NCBI GenBank assembly: GCA_001730085.1
Contig: MDLB01000105.1
Span: 69-64,068 of the forward strand
Length of the DNA stretch: 64,000 nucleotides
Direction: 5' to 3'
Source of the DNA: PVC group bacterium (ex Bugula neritina AB1)
GTDB taxonomy: Bacteria > GCA-001730085
Made by a program: the position numbers and the translations under genes. The notes beneath the pieces are model-generated. The model was given only the letters and a program-made list of their open reading frames with translations. It made no database searches and had not been told where the DNA came from. Every line of letters starts with the position of its first letter. The first letter of the stretch is position 1. This document shows, one piece after another, positions 1 to 10,700 of this stretch.

Positions 1-417
1 AAGGAAAAACAGAAGAAAAATAATAAATGTCAATATTACAATTAAAGCTATCTTAAATATAAATAAAATTATAATTAACATTTAAACTTATATCGATGTT
101 TTTTATAAGTTCAAGGTAAAAAAAATTTCTTATTACGGCTCTTTCGAAATACCTCCTATCCCTTATTGAAAAAGATTTAGAAAACTTTCTTATTTCAAAA
201 AAAGTTCACATTTTAAATAAATAGGTTTTTTTTTTAGGAATAACAAAAATCAAAAAAAACAACAGAAAGATGTAGTATTTTCACAGATCTTATTCAATAG
301 GATTAGTGGAAACTCTCCAAACAAGATTATATTCCTAAGAGATCTTATCATATTTTATATTTATTTTTAAATATTTAAAAAAGTATCATAAAAAGATAAT
401 CGCAGATGGTTAACTTA

Positions 418-1941
418 TTAGGCACTGCGATAAGTCTCTTGCCCATTTAGCCAATTTTTAACATCTTGTTCCTTAATTGCTTCTCGATCTATCATGTATT
501 CTTCAAAAATAGACCAACTCTTCCGAGGAAGAAGAGTAGAGTAACTGTAGCCCTCAGGATGATCTTTGCGTTCTTCTAATGTTTTTATACTAAGAAACAG
601 AGCCATTGTCTCACCATGGGCAGCTGCGACCTCTAAAAATTTTTCATGATTTTCTTTCTGTTTAGGTGAAACTATCCTAAGCAATTCCCAATAGAGGATC
701 CATTTAAGAAAAGGCTTGCAGGCTCTATTGCATAAGATATCCTTCGATATTTTCAATTTGTATTTACCATCAGAAAAGTCTACAAAGGCTGGGGCACCGG
801 CTGGGGTACTCGCATTCCCTTGATGAAATCCCTCCGTCACATAAATAGTAATTTCTTTATTTTCCGCCTTACGAAGTTTTTCCCCAAAAGCGTTATTGTA
901 AGAAAAAGATCGAAGGATGTCCCCTATAGTCATTCTAATAGCTTCTAAGTCTTCATCGTATGAGATCTTTCCCGAGGATTCTTCTTCTACTTTGAATCCT
1001 CCACTCTTAATCTTCACTTCCATAAATTTAAACTCTGTAAAACGATCCCTGGTCGCTACAACAAATGGGCCACAATTATCAGGAAGCTTACGAATTTTTT
1101 CATCCTTAATTCTCTTCTCCGCTTCAATCGCTAGTTTTTCTATCTTCCCCTTATAATCTTCCTCTTCAAAATCTTTATTAAGAGAGTTTACGATCTTAGT
1201 AAAAGATGCCTCGAAAAGCTTCTTTGTCTCTTCCTCTAACAAGGCCTGTGTCTCTTTGAACCAGGCCTTGTTCTTTTCCTCGGACCAGGCCTGGTTCTCT
1301 TTCTCTCTGTTTAAAGTTTCCTTCAGATTTAAATAATCATCCATATTTATATATACAGTCCTATCACTTTTATTAATAAGAGAAAAATCAAAATCTGCGC
1401 CTCGTACAAAAACATATGTTAAGGAAACGTCCCTCATAGAGGGTGAAGAGTGTATATATACTAGACGTTCTAAGTTAGTATATTTTGAACTAATTCTTTC
1501 AAAAGGTCTATTGGTATCACGCATATCCAAAACTCCTCTACCACGTCCCAACTTACGTGTGTGCTCACCATCATATGGTTTCTTAACAGCACGTAAAGAT
1601 CCATTATAACTCTCATCAATCACTCCGAAGCTTCGCTCTATATTTGATGAGATAAAGTCTTCAAATAGACGCCTAGAATCCTCCTTGAGGATCTTCTTTT
1701 CCAGAAGCCTATAGCTAAAACGATCAGGCATCCAGGGCTTAGTACCATTTAGATGTATAGCTACTTTCACATATTCTACGTCGGGCGCATTTAAGTTAAC
1801 AGGTGGGTCTTCCTTTTGCGAATCAAAAGAGTTTTTAGAAAGATTCGATAGAGAGGAAACACCAAGAGAGTTGATATTTTTATCTGAAAAAAAATTAAAA
1901 AAACAAAAAGTTACAAGTGTTAAAAAAATAATTTTTTTCAT
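418..1941 (-). CDS. Secreted hypothetical protein, about 507 aa, tandem paralog A. It has an N-terminal signal peptide, a K/E-rich coiled-coil-like centre and a conserved C-terminal region.
   Basis: An intact ORF with a genuine ATG (plus-strand 'cat' at 1939..1941) and a GGAG Shine-Dalgarno 6 nt upstream. A hydrophobic N-terminus (MKKIIFLTLVTFCFFNFF). It is a paralog of 2699..4153, sharing the motifs PDNCGPFVV, GFHxGNAxxPAGAPAFVDFS and LKWILYWELLRIVSPKQK. No family was recognised. Confidence 0.8.
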   Translation of the reverse strand: MKKIIFLTLVTFCFFNFFSDKNINSLGVSSLSNLSKNSFDSQKEDPPVNLNAPDVEYVKVAIHLNGTKPWMPDRFSYRLLEKKILKEDSRRLFEDFISSNIERSFGVIDESYNGSLRAVKKPYDGEHTRKLGRGRGVLDMRDTNRPFERISSKYTNLERLVYIHSSPSMRDVSLTYVFVRGADFDFSLINKSDRTVYINMDDYLNLKETLNREKENQAWSEEKNKAWFKETQALLEEETKKLFEASFTKIVNSLNKDFEEEDYKGKIEKLAIEAEKRIKDEKIRKLPDNCGPFVVATRDRFTEFKFMEVKIKSGGFKVEEESSGKISYDEDLEAIRMTIGDILRSFSYNNAFGEKLRKAENKEITIYVTEGFHQGNASTPAGAPAFVDFSDGKYKLKISKDILCNRACKPFLKWILYWELLRIVSPKQKENHEKFLEVAAAHGETMALFLSIKTLEERKDHPEGYSYSTLLPRKSWSIFEEYMIDREAIKEQDVKNWLNGQETYRSA

Positions 1942-2048
1942 AGAAAGCTCCGAAAAATATTAAAATAAAATTAAATTTTAAATATAATTATTATATTAAT
2001 TACAAATACTTATTTAAAAAAATAAAAAAATTATAAATATAGGTTATG
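1942..2048 (-). promoter_or_regulatory. Conserved 5' block of paralog A (promoter or 5' UTR with Shine-Dalgarno).
   Basis: Near-identical to 4154..4261, which lies upstream of paralog B. It is extremely AT-rich, with GGAGCTTTCT immediately before the ATG. Confidence 0.4.
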
Positions 2049-2300
2049 TCAAATAGATTTTTGGTAAAATTTTATGACCTTAAAAAAAGACCTCCAACGT
2101 TTATTTTTACTATAAAAAGGTATGTGCCATCCTAAATCATTGATAAGGTATTCATTTTGATCAGAGTTTTCTTTAGCGAAAGAGTTTAAATCAGCAGGAG
2201 ATTGTCTTGCAGCTGAAAGCCCTTTAGAGTTTGGATTGACAAAAGGGTTCTTAAGATCAAATATTTCTGAAGAAATACCTAAAGGAAAAAGAGAAGACAA
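2049..2300 (-). CDS. Small hypothetical ORF of 83 aa (ORF83). It has a TTG start and no internal Met. It is possibly not a real gene.
   Basis: An ORF sitting inside the duplicated unit. The copy in unit 2 is reduced to its last 7 codons plus a stop (4262..4305). There is no ATG. Confidence 0.2.
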   Translation of the reverse strand: MSSLFPLGISSEIFDLKNPFVNPNSKGLSAARQSPADLNSFAKENSDQNEYLINDLGWHIPFYSKNKRWRSFFKVIKFYQKSI

Positions 2301-2698
2301 AGAATAAATGTCAATATTACAATTAAAGCTATCTTAAATAAAAATAACATTATAATTAATATTTAAATTTATGTCGATGTTTTTTATAAGTTCAAGGTAA
2401 AAAAAATTTCTTATTACGGCTCTTGCGAAATACCTCATATCCCTTATTGAAAAAGATTTAGAAAACTTTCTTATTTCAAAAAAAGTTCACATTTTAAATA
2501 AATAGGGGCTTTTTTTAGGAATAACAAAAATCAAAAAAAACAACAGAAAGATGTAGTACTTTCACAGGTCTTATTCAATAGGATTATTGGAAACTCTCCA
2601 AACAAGAGTATATTTCTAAAAAATCTTATCATTTTTTATATTTATTTTTAAATATTTAAAAAAGTATCATAAAAAGATAATCTCAGATGGTTAACTTA

Positions 2699-4153
2699 TT
2701 AGGCACTGCGATAAAGCTCTCGCCAATTAATCCAGTTTTTAAAATCTTGTTCCTTAATTGTATCAAATCTGTAGCTATTAAAAATAGACGGGTCTCCCCA
2801 AACAAGCTTTTGCTCGCGTTCTAACCTCTCTAGATTAGACACCACACCCTCTATATCATCATGGGCATTTGCGACCTGTAAAAATTTTGCGTAATCTCCT
2901 TTCTGTTTAGGTGAAACTATCCTAAGCAATTCCCAATAGAGGATCCATTTAAGAAAAGGCTCATACCTTAAGATATACTCCGATATTTTCAGTTTGCATT
3001 TACCACCAGAAAAGTCTACAAAGGCCGGGGCACCAGCTGGGCTCCTCGCATTCCCTTCATGAAACCCGGACGTCAAATAAATAGTAATTTCTTTTTTCTT
3101 TGCCTTACGAAGGATTTCCTTAAAAGATGGCTCGGCAGAAAAATCTATAAAGATCTCCCCTATAGCTCTTCTAATCTCCTGTTCGCTACCTCTTCGCCAC
3201 TCTTTCGAGAATCTTTTTTCTAGTTCGACTCCTCCACGATTCATCGTCGCTTTTATACATTTACGCTCGTCAAAAGGATAAGACATGCGCCATTCTTTTC
3301 CACGCCATACAACAAATGGGCCACAATTATCAGGAAGCGTAGGAATTATTTCGTCCTTCCTTTTTTTTGCACTCTTCGTCTCAAGATCCTCTTTAATCTC
3401 TTGTTCTTCTGCTCTCTTTAAAGCCTCTGCCTCTTCCTTCCTCTTTAATCGCTCTTCCTCTAAAGCCTCTTCCGCTTTTTTTGCTCTCTCTTCCTCTTTA
3501 AAATCATCATTAAGAGACATTACGATCGTAGCAAAAGATTCCTCGAACAAACGTGCCTCTTCTTTCTGTCTGTTTAAAGTTTTCTTCGAATTAAAATAAT
3601 CCACATTTATATATACAGTCCTATTTCTTTTATCAATAGAATAAAAATCAAAATTTGCGCCTCGTACAAAAACATATGTTAATGAAATTTTCCTCATAGC
3701 ATGTGAACATGCTCTATATACTAAATCGTGTAAGTCTTTATAAGTTGCATCATCTCTATTAAAAGGTCTATTGATACCAAGCAGAGCCAAAACTCCTATA
3801 TTAGCTGCGTACTCATTATCATCAAATACTCCGAAGCTTCGCTCTATATTTGATAAGATAAACTTTTCAAATACACCACTAGAACCCTTTTTGAAGATCT
3901 TCATTTTCAGCAACTTATAGCTAAAACAACCATAAAACACAAACCGTTTATCACTACCACTTAGATTTATGGCTACACTCACATGTTCTACGCCGGGCGC
4001 ATATAAGTCAATAGCTGGGTATTTGTTTTGCGAATCAAAATACTTTTTAGAAAGATTCGATAGAGAGGAAACACCAAGAGAGTTGATATTTTTATCTGAA
4101 AAAAAATTAAAAAAACAAAAAGTTAAAACTGTTAAAAAAATAATTTTTTTCAT
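2699..4153 (-). CDS. Secreted hypothetical protein, about 484 aa, tandem paralog B.
   Basis: The ORF track extends this to 4165 from a TTG (MELSM...). The true start is the ATG at 4151..4153 (MKKIIFLTVLTF...), which has the same GGAGCTTTCT Shine-Dalgarno as paralog A. The 5' roughly 120 nt and the 3' roughly 60 nt are near-identical to paralog A. The centre is divergent and includes a charged EEER/KRKEE repeat-like segment at about 3360..3500. Confidence 0.8.
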   Translation of the reverse strand: MKKIIFLTVLTFCFFNFFSDKNINSLGVSSLSNLSKKYFDSQNKYPAIDLYAPGVEHVSVAINLSGSDKRFVFYGCFSYKLLKMKIFKKGSSGVFEKFILSNIERSFGVFDDNEYAANIGVLALLGINRPFNRDDATYKDLHDLVYRACSHAMRKISLTYVFVRGANFDFYSIDKRNRTVYINVDYFNSKKTLNRQKEEARLFEESFATIVMSLNDDFKEEERAKKAEEALEEERLKRKEEAEALKRAEEQEIKEDLETKSAKKRKDEIIPTLPDNCGPFVVWRGKEWRMSYPFDERKCIKATMNRGGVELEKRFSKEWRRGSEQEIRRAIGEIFIDFSAEPSFKEILRKAKKKEITIYLTSGFHEGNARSPAGAPAFVDFSGGKCKLKISEYILRYEPFLKWILYWELLRIVSPKQKGDYAKFLQVANAHDDIEGVVSNLERLEREQKLVWGDPSIFNSYRFDTIKEQDFKNWINWRELYRSA

Positions 4154-4261
4154 AGAAAGCTCCAAAAAATATTAAAATAAAATTAAAGTTTAAATATAAT
4201 TATTATATTAGTTTAAAATACTTATTTATAATAATATAAAAAAGATTATAATCATAAATAG
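4154..4261 (-). promoter_or_regulatory. Conserved 5' block of paralog B (promoter or 5' UTR).
   Basis: Aligns with 1942..2048. Confidence 0.4.
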
Positions 4262-4521
4262 AGGTTATGTCAAATAGATTTTTGGTAAAATTTTATGATC
4301 TTAAAAAAAGAATTTTAAGAAACCTCTAAAATGAAAGAAAAAATAATAAAAAAGAAAAAAATCCTAAGGTGTTATTTTTTTGAGCTTCTATTTTAGTGCA
4401 GAGGTTTTTTTAAAGAAATTTTAAAGCTGATTTTTATTGTCAAAGAAAATCATACCCTCAATAGATACAGTTTTTATTATTTAATAGCAAAGCAAATTAA
4501 AATGAGCAATACAAAATTATT

Positions 4522-4574
4522 GAGACCGTTGCAAAATAGCAGATAAGCTATCTTTTTTATTTTGCAACGGTCTC
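4522..4574 (-). terminator. Candidate intrinsic terminator hairpin downstream of the giant gene.
   Basis: A perfect 17-bp inverted repeat: gagaccgttgcaaaata (4522..4538) pairs with tattttgcaacggtctc (4558..4574) around a 19-nt loop. It is flanked by A/T runs on both strands and lies about 130 nt past the giant gene's TGA stop. Confidence 0.5.
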
Positions 4575-4706
4575 TTATTATGTATTTGATAAAAATCTCT
4601 CTATGATTAAGACATAAAAAGTTCCTCTAACAGGAAAAAGCTTTTAAATAAAGAATAGTCAAAAAAAAATCTATCCGCTAGCAAGACATATTTCTTACTA
4701 ATAACA

Positions 4707-7700
4707 TCAAACATTTTTAGATAATTTGATCATTGCTGAAAGATTTTTATTCAACAAGAGCTTCCTAGGACTTAAAACACCCGTCACACCTTCCACGTGA
4801 GAGAATCCACTCATCGCCTCTCGAAAAGGTAGAAAATGTTCGGGTTTAAGGAACCTTACATCTTTAAAAAATTCTACATCGAAGTTTTCTTCATCTCTCT
4901 GTTCATTTAACTTTTCTAAGACATAGGTAAAGCTTTCTCTAGACAAGCTCGTCTTCGTCAAACGATATAATAAAGTTTCTTCGGGAAGAAGATCTTGGAT
5001 CCTTTTATAAAACTCTTGGTCTGTTAACCCTCTATCTTCCAAGTTTCTCATTTCTAAAGTTACTCTATCTAAGGTATCTCTACCTATCCTTTTTTTATCT
5101 TGAATAAGAGTTTCTTTATAAAAATCTTTTTCGAAGTCAAAAAGATCTGATAAATCTTCAGCCCCTAAATCATTTTCAAGTGCTGACAAGGATAAGTCCC
5201 AAAGGTTGTGATCAAAAAGTTTGCTCAAAAACATTGCTGTTTTCAAAATATTAGCAGTCGAAGCTTCTGGATTAGTCTTTAGCTGATCTTTTATTTTTAG
5301 CCAATCCTCATCCGATAAAAGATCTTGTGCCTGCCATTTATCAAGATAACTTTCCAGACCCGACTCTAAAAAGGCTTCACTGATAGTCATTTTGACACGC
5401 TCATCTTCTACTGTAAAAACATAGGGTTCATCTTGCTGTGGAACAACTTCATAAGAAATATCTGATTTCTCACTCCATTGTTCAAGATTTATTCTATCTC
5501 TTTGATAGTTAACACTTGGATTAAGCAAAGACATTCGCACAGCGGCTTCCATCTCTTCAAAGCGATCAAAGAATATCTCATCATCTCTATATTCTTCCAT
5601 ATGAGGACTTTTTAAAATCTCCATAAACTTATCCACATACTCTTGCTGTTTATCCTTATTTTTACGGAGCTCTTTAGCCTCTTCAAGCTGTTTCACAAAC
5701 AGTGGGTCCATAGATGCCTTCTTTGCTAAAAGGGTATCTAATAATATTTCATCATTCTTATTTTTAGAATCAAGATACCCATCTTGGCGCATTTCTGACT
5801 CTTTAGAGAAAAGATTTCTAACCAAAGCTGTCGTTACTAAATCGGGTGCTGTTTGCTGTATTTGTCTTAAAGCGTTTAGGGCCGAAGCCTTCTTTTCAAA
5901 GTTCTCAACTTCCTTTGCTATTTTTAAAAGAAGATCCTTGGCCGCCAAAAGTTTTTCTCCATTCAGATCCTTTATATCCGTACCCAAAGCTTCTAAAATG
6001 CTTAATAACATCAAAATATAATCCTCATAGGAACCCATTTCGACATAACGGCTATCCCAAGATAGTCCAAAAGTCTGCATATCTTTCCGTTTCCTAAGGT
6101 ATTTTGTCATATCAGAAGATATACCTAATTCTTTTTGTAAGGCTTGCAAGTCACATCGTTTCACAGAGATAGCTTTCCCATTAACAATTCTTACAGAGTC
6201 AAATAAAACGTTATCCGTCAAAACATTTCCCCAATCCTTATCTTTTGACATAGGTGAGGTAGATCTTTTAACCAAAGAAGGTACAGCCTTTTCAAAAACT
6301 TCTTTAAACTCTTCGCTACGAAACTGTTGATCTCCCAAAAGGATTGATCTTTCTATTTGTTCGCTTTCTCCTCTCCTATAGCTCTCTAAAATTTCTACAA
6401 GTCTTTCTTGAGTAAAAATGGTTTCCATCGTCCCATTAGGATGCTCAACGATCAAAGGAGAACTCAAGCGATTCAAAGACCAAAGTTCAGCCAGATCATC
6501 TTCTTTCAAGCTTTCCTTAAAAAAGTCTTTTTTAAGGAAAGCCACATATTCGGGGTCTTTTTTCCTCTCCCCCTCTAGAGCAACCTCTTCTGTTGAAGAA
6601 CGCTCAAAAATCTCCGTATGCCTTAATAAAGCATCACTCGTAAATGGAGATTGAGGAGGATTCCCATTTGTGCTAAACAAGCTCTGAAGACTTTTTCTTT
6701 TTTCATCTTTATCCGAAAGGTTATTTTCTAAATCTTTTAAAACAGCGCGTATCGCCTTTTGCTCTATTTTTTTAAGTTTTAAATCGCTCTCTTCTATATC
6801 TTTAAAACTTTTTTGTATGATTTTTTCCTTCTCGCTAGCATCTTTCCCCATAATTCGTGAAAATAAAAACTTGCTTATCTGCTGAATATCATTATTCTTC
6901 TTGAGCTTTTCTATCTGTCTCTTTGGAAAAGAGCTAATACGTTCTAAAAATGTCTGGCTTTCCAAAGATTCTTTGCTCTTCAAGTCTCTCATTTTCTCTA
7001 GATCAAACATTTTAGCACCGTAGCTTTTGTGCAAATCATCTCTAGTGAAACTTTCTGATAAAGCATCATTCATTTCTTTAGCTGCAGAAGAAAGAGTTTT
7101 CGTCATCCCCGGAAACATCGTTTTTTCCTGAAGGTTTGTGAGCAGATCCCAATCCGATTTTTGGATATTCGTCGCAGAATAAAGAGCAATAAAGGCTCCC
7201 ATCATTTCTTCCTGTTTTTCAGGGTCGCTGATACCACTTAACAAAATAGCTTTTCGGATCATATCTATCGTCACATCTTTTTGATTAAAATTTCTCTTTT
7301 GCTCTTCCAGACTTTTAAAAACCCCTTGGGCTTCAAGTGAAGTATTTTTCTGAACCAATTCTAAGGCAAAGTCCTGTAAACTTTTATGGTCTTTATGCGT
7401 TTGGTGACATACATCCAGCCACTCCGAAACTTTCATCATAGAAGATATATCTTGCTTTAATCCCAAAGCCGATCCCTTGCTTAATAAATCTTGCACGCCT
7501 TGTAATAAGCTGCGATCATTTTCCCTTGCCAAGCGCACATCAACCATTGCTGCCAACATATTCGCACGAGACACGTCTACTTCTCCGTTTGAAAAACCCC
7601 CCAATTTTGTCAAAGCCATCATTGCATCTAGAGATAAATCTAACTTATTCTTTGTGAAAGCTGTTATCAAAGCCGCAGTCAAAAAGAATGGTTCAGATTT

Positions 7701-10700
7701 ACTTAAACTACTCTCAACTGCGTCTTTTTGGTCATCTTCCGCATAATCCCGAAGAATATTTTTCATAACACCCAAAAGCTTACTTTCATCCTTTTCTTCG
7801 ATAGCAGCTTCTAGCTCATGCAAAGCATTTTCAGCAGCATTTTCTCCCATATTTTTTAAAACATCCACCAAAGGTTTCATCTCTTTAAACTCCTCACGAG
7901 AAGTCAATTCCCCCATGAAAGCTACATTCAAATGCCCCATGCCGAACTCGCTCTTTTGTATACTTTTCTTGGGAGAAAAAAAGTTGAAGTTTTTGGCTGT
8001 TTTGATGAGATCATTCCCTCTGCCTTTCCCTAAAATACTTTTAGAGCCGGTTAAGTCATTATAAGATTTTTTTAAGTGAGCGGCCTGAGCATTGCTCAAA
8101 AGCCTTTCCGCTTGATAATTATGTCTACCCTCTACCATTTTGGGTAAATCTTGTTTAGGATGAACCATCGCATTTATAAGTTTACCCATTTCAAAAAGAC
8201 TTTGACTTCCAGATAAAATTCCCCCTTTGGGTGTTGGAACAGCGTTCTCAGCCGCAGCTCCAACTCTTCCTGTTATGATCACTTTTTTCGCGAGTCTTAT
8301 CTCTTCACGCAACGAGTGTAAATACTCTCTCAAGACAGGAAGATCTAACGGAGACAAGTTTTTCTTAATAAAAGACATCTGTTCAATCGCCGAATTATAA
8401 GCCTTTCTTAAACCTTCGATAGCTGTTTTTTGGTGTGACTTCAACTCAACATTTCCAGAATCATTCCTATTGAACTTCGCCAAAACCTTTCTCATCACAT
8501 AACGTTCTTTTTCTGACATTTGGGTATTAGACATCATTTTCTGCAAACTCTTTTTCGGATAATCAGATATCATACTTGTCAACGTGTTATATGTTGTTGA
8601 AAGAAGCTTTTGGCTCTCATTTTTTATAAGGTTCTCCCCAAAAGATCTTGACAACGGAGATTGATTCCCTTCGAGTGTTTTCAAGAATGTTTCTGGTAAA
8701 AGCATGAGGCGAGAGTGGTTATGATTCGCAAATTTACGGTCTCTCCCATAGGCCTGCCCAAAGTCAGAAAATGTGGTATCTTTTCCAACGAAATTCAAAT
8801 AGCTCACAGGGCTAGACTCAAGAGAACCTATGTCCCACCCAAATCTTAAAGATTTATTCGTCGCTATAAGCAATCTAGATAGGTCAAAATCTTTCAACAT
8901 TTCTATATCAATATTGGCTTCTTTCAAAAGAGCTAAGTCTTCGGGGTTCACTTTTTTATGTAATTTTTTGGCTTTCAAAAAGTCAACAATCGCTTCCACA
9001 ATCTTTTTGGAATCCACATTAGGGATCGTATTATTATTGATGATTTGATTAAAAGAACGACCTGAAGCTGTAGGGGGAGAGCTCACTAACTTGAACTCGC
9101 CTGTGTTGCTCGTATATTCTAGTTTTAAAAGCGAAGAGCCCGACCAAAGACTTTTTCCCACACCTATATCTTTCAAAGCATTTATTAGAGAATATTTTTG
9201 TTCCGCAAGACGCTTGATTTTGCTCTGTTGAACAGCAGAAGATGTGTACATATCCGGTTGCGTTGTAACATTCACACTCAAAAGCAACTGGAGCAACTGA
9301 GAAACACTCTCCTCATTCCAAAAGTCTTTCTTTCCTGTTTTTTCTTGAAGCATTTTTGTTAATGCACGTACAGATGCCTTTTGATTCTTATCCAACTCTT
9401 CTGCCTTTTGATTCTTATCCAACTCTTCAAAATTTTCTTTTTTGTTTGCTGATGCTTGTGATGCTTGTAAAAACGCATCCATATCTTTCAAAGATTTCTC
9501 CAAAAGAGCTTTGGAAGATGGATCTTTAAATTCAGGAAGAAGCTTTTTCACCTCCGAAAATTTAGAAAAGATAGCTTCTTCTCCCATGATCTCACTGTTT
9601 TTGATTTCGCCGGGAGTGAACGTGTCAGTCCTAGGCGTTATCATTTCAAAAAGCTTTTGAACTTCTGATAGGTTCTTAGATTTTAAATATGTTATGAATC
9701 CCTTTGACCAGTCTTTAAAAGAGATTATCTCTCCATCTGACCAGTTTTTATCCAAGCGATCGATTTCTTCTTGTTTTTTCTCGTACTTTTTCTTTAAGTC
9801 TTGTATTTGATCGAAGTTATTCTCTGCTGAATCATTCGTTAATTTTTGGATGTCTGCCTCAAGCTTATTCATCTCCTTTTGTATATCTCTTTTGAGTTTG
9901 TCTTTCAACTGAGAGCCAGGATAATTTTGATAAAAAGATGAGAGCTCTCGGTAAAGAGCCTTCCCACTAGGTCCATACATCTCTGGACCCATTGTTTTAA
10001 GATAGAAAGTGAATATCGAAATGTCTTGCCCAAAAAGCTTAGCCAAAGTCCCAAGGGCACTTCTGGATTCTGCCCCTAAAATAAGGTGGGCGATTTTTGA
10101 TACAGGTAGTGTTGTCCCTGTCATATAGAGAACATTTCCACCTCTCCTTTGGATTTCATCAATGATCCCTGTCACAGAAGACTGCAAAGAGTCGGGTGAG
10201 GTTCTCACAAGATCTAGCCTTTGTCCGTAAACTTTATCGACATCCATTTGGATGATCTTCTTGTAATAAGAGTCTTCATTTCTATGAACCGAAGATTTTT
10301 TCTGGTGCCTTCTTATATAACTTTCCACCCATTGACGAGCCTTAGCTCTAACAAAAATTTCATGCGCCGGATCTTGGGCTTCTTTCTTAGAAGAAAAGTC
10401 TAATTCTTTTTGGATAATATCCCTAACCTTTGGATCGGATTCACCTCCTCTTCTAAAGTAATCTTCCAAACTGTTTTGTTGTGTCGCACTTATAACAACC
10501 TCCATCGCTCTCATTTGCCAAACTCTTGGATTTGTTTCGGCGGCTTTCTCATTTTTCATTCGTTCTTTTGTTGCTAAATTTTGACCTTCACGAGGTTTTA
10601 TAACCGCTTCAAAGACCGCAGCCAAATATGGATCACTGTGCTGTTGATCAATGCTTGTTATATCTTCTCTGGCAGGTTTAACCATTGCTCTGTCTGCAAC

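Larger units (their letters stand above)
1..2300. repeat. Tandem duplication unit copy 1, truncated at the left window edge. Contents: a conserved noncoding block about 400 bp long, then a secreted-protein gene, then a roughly 108-bp conserved upstream block, then the small ORF83.
   Basis: Positions 1..417 align almost base-for-base with 2281..2698. Positions 1830..2048 align with 4040..4261. Positions 1..20 match the start region of ORF83 (2281..2300), which implies a further copy to the left of the window. Confidence 0.85.
2301..4305. repeat. Tandem duplication unit copy 2. The homology ends at about 4305, inside the ORF83-like segment.
   Basis: The same order of blocks as unit 1. The sequences diverge after 'cttaaaaaaaga' (about 4305 versus about 2090). 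Confidence 0.85.

Noticed and set aside
226-235. A T10 tract compared with the GGC+T7 tract in the two copies of the conserved 3' block (226..235 versus 2507..2516), as a slippage site.
   Set aside because: The total length is identical (10 nt), so this is a 3-nt substitution and not a tract-length change.
4154-4165. Extended start (MELSM, TTG) for paralog B given in the ORF track.
   Set aside because: The conserved ATG plus Shine-Dalgarno at 4151..4153 matches paralog A's start exactly. The upstream TTG lies within the Shine-Dalgarno region.
917-4175. Plus-strand ORFs 917..1156, 3285..3599 and 3969..4175, which overlap the secreted-paralog genes.
   Set aside because: They are antisense to well-supported minus-strand genes and are Ser/Phe/Leu-rich low-complexity translations.
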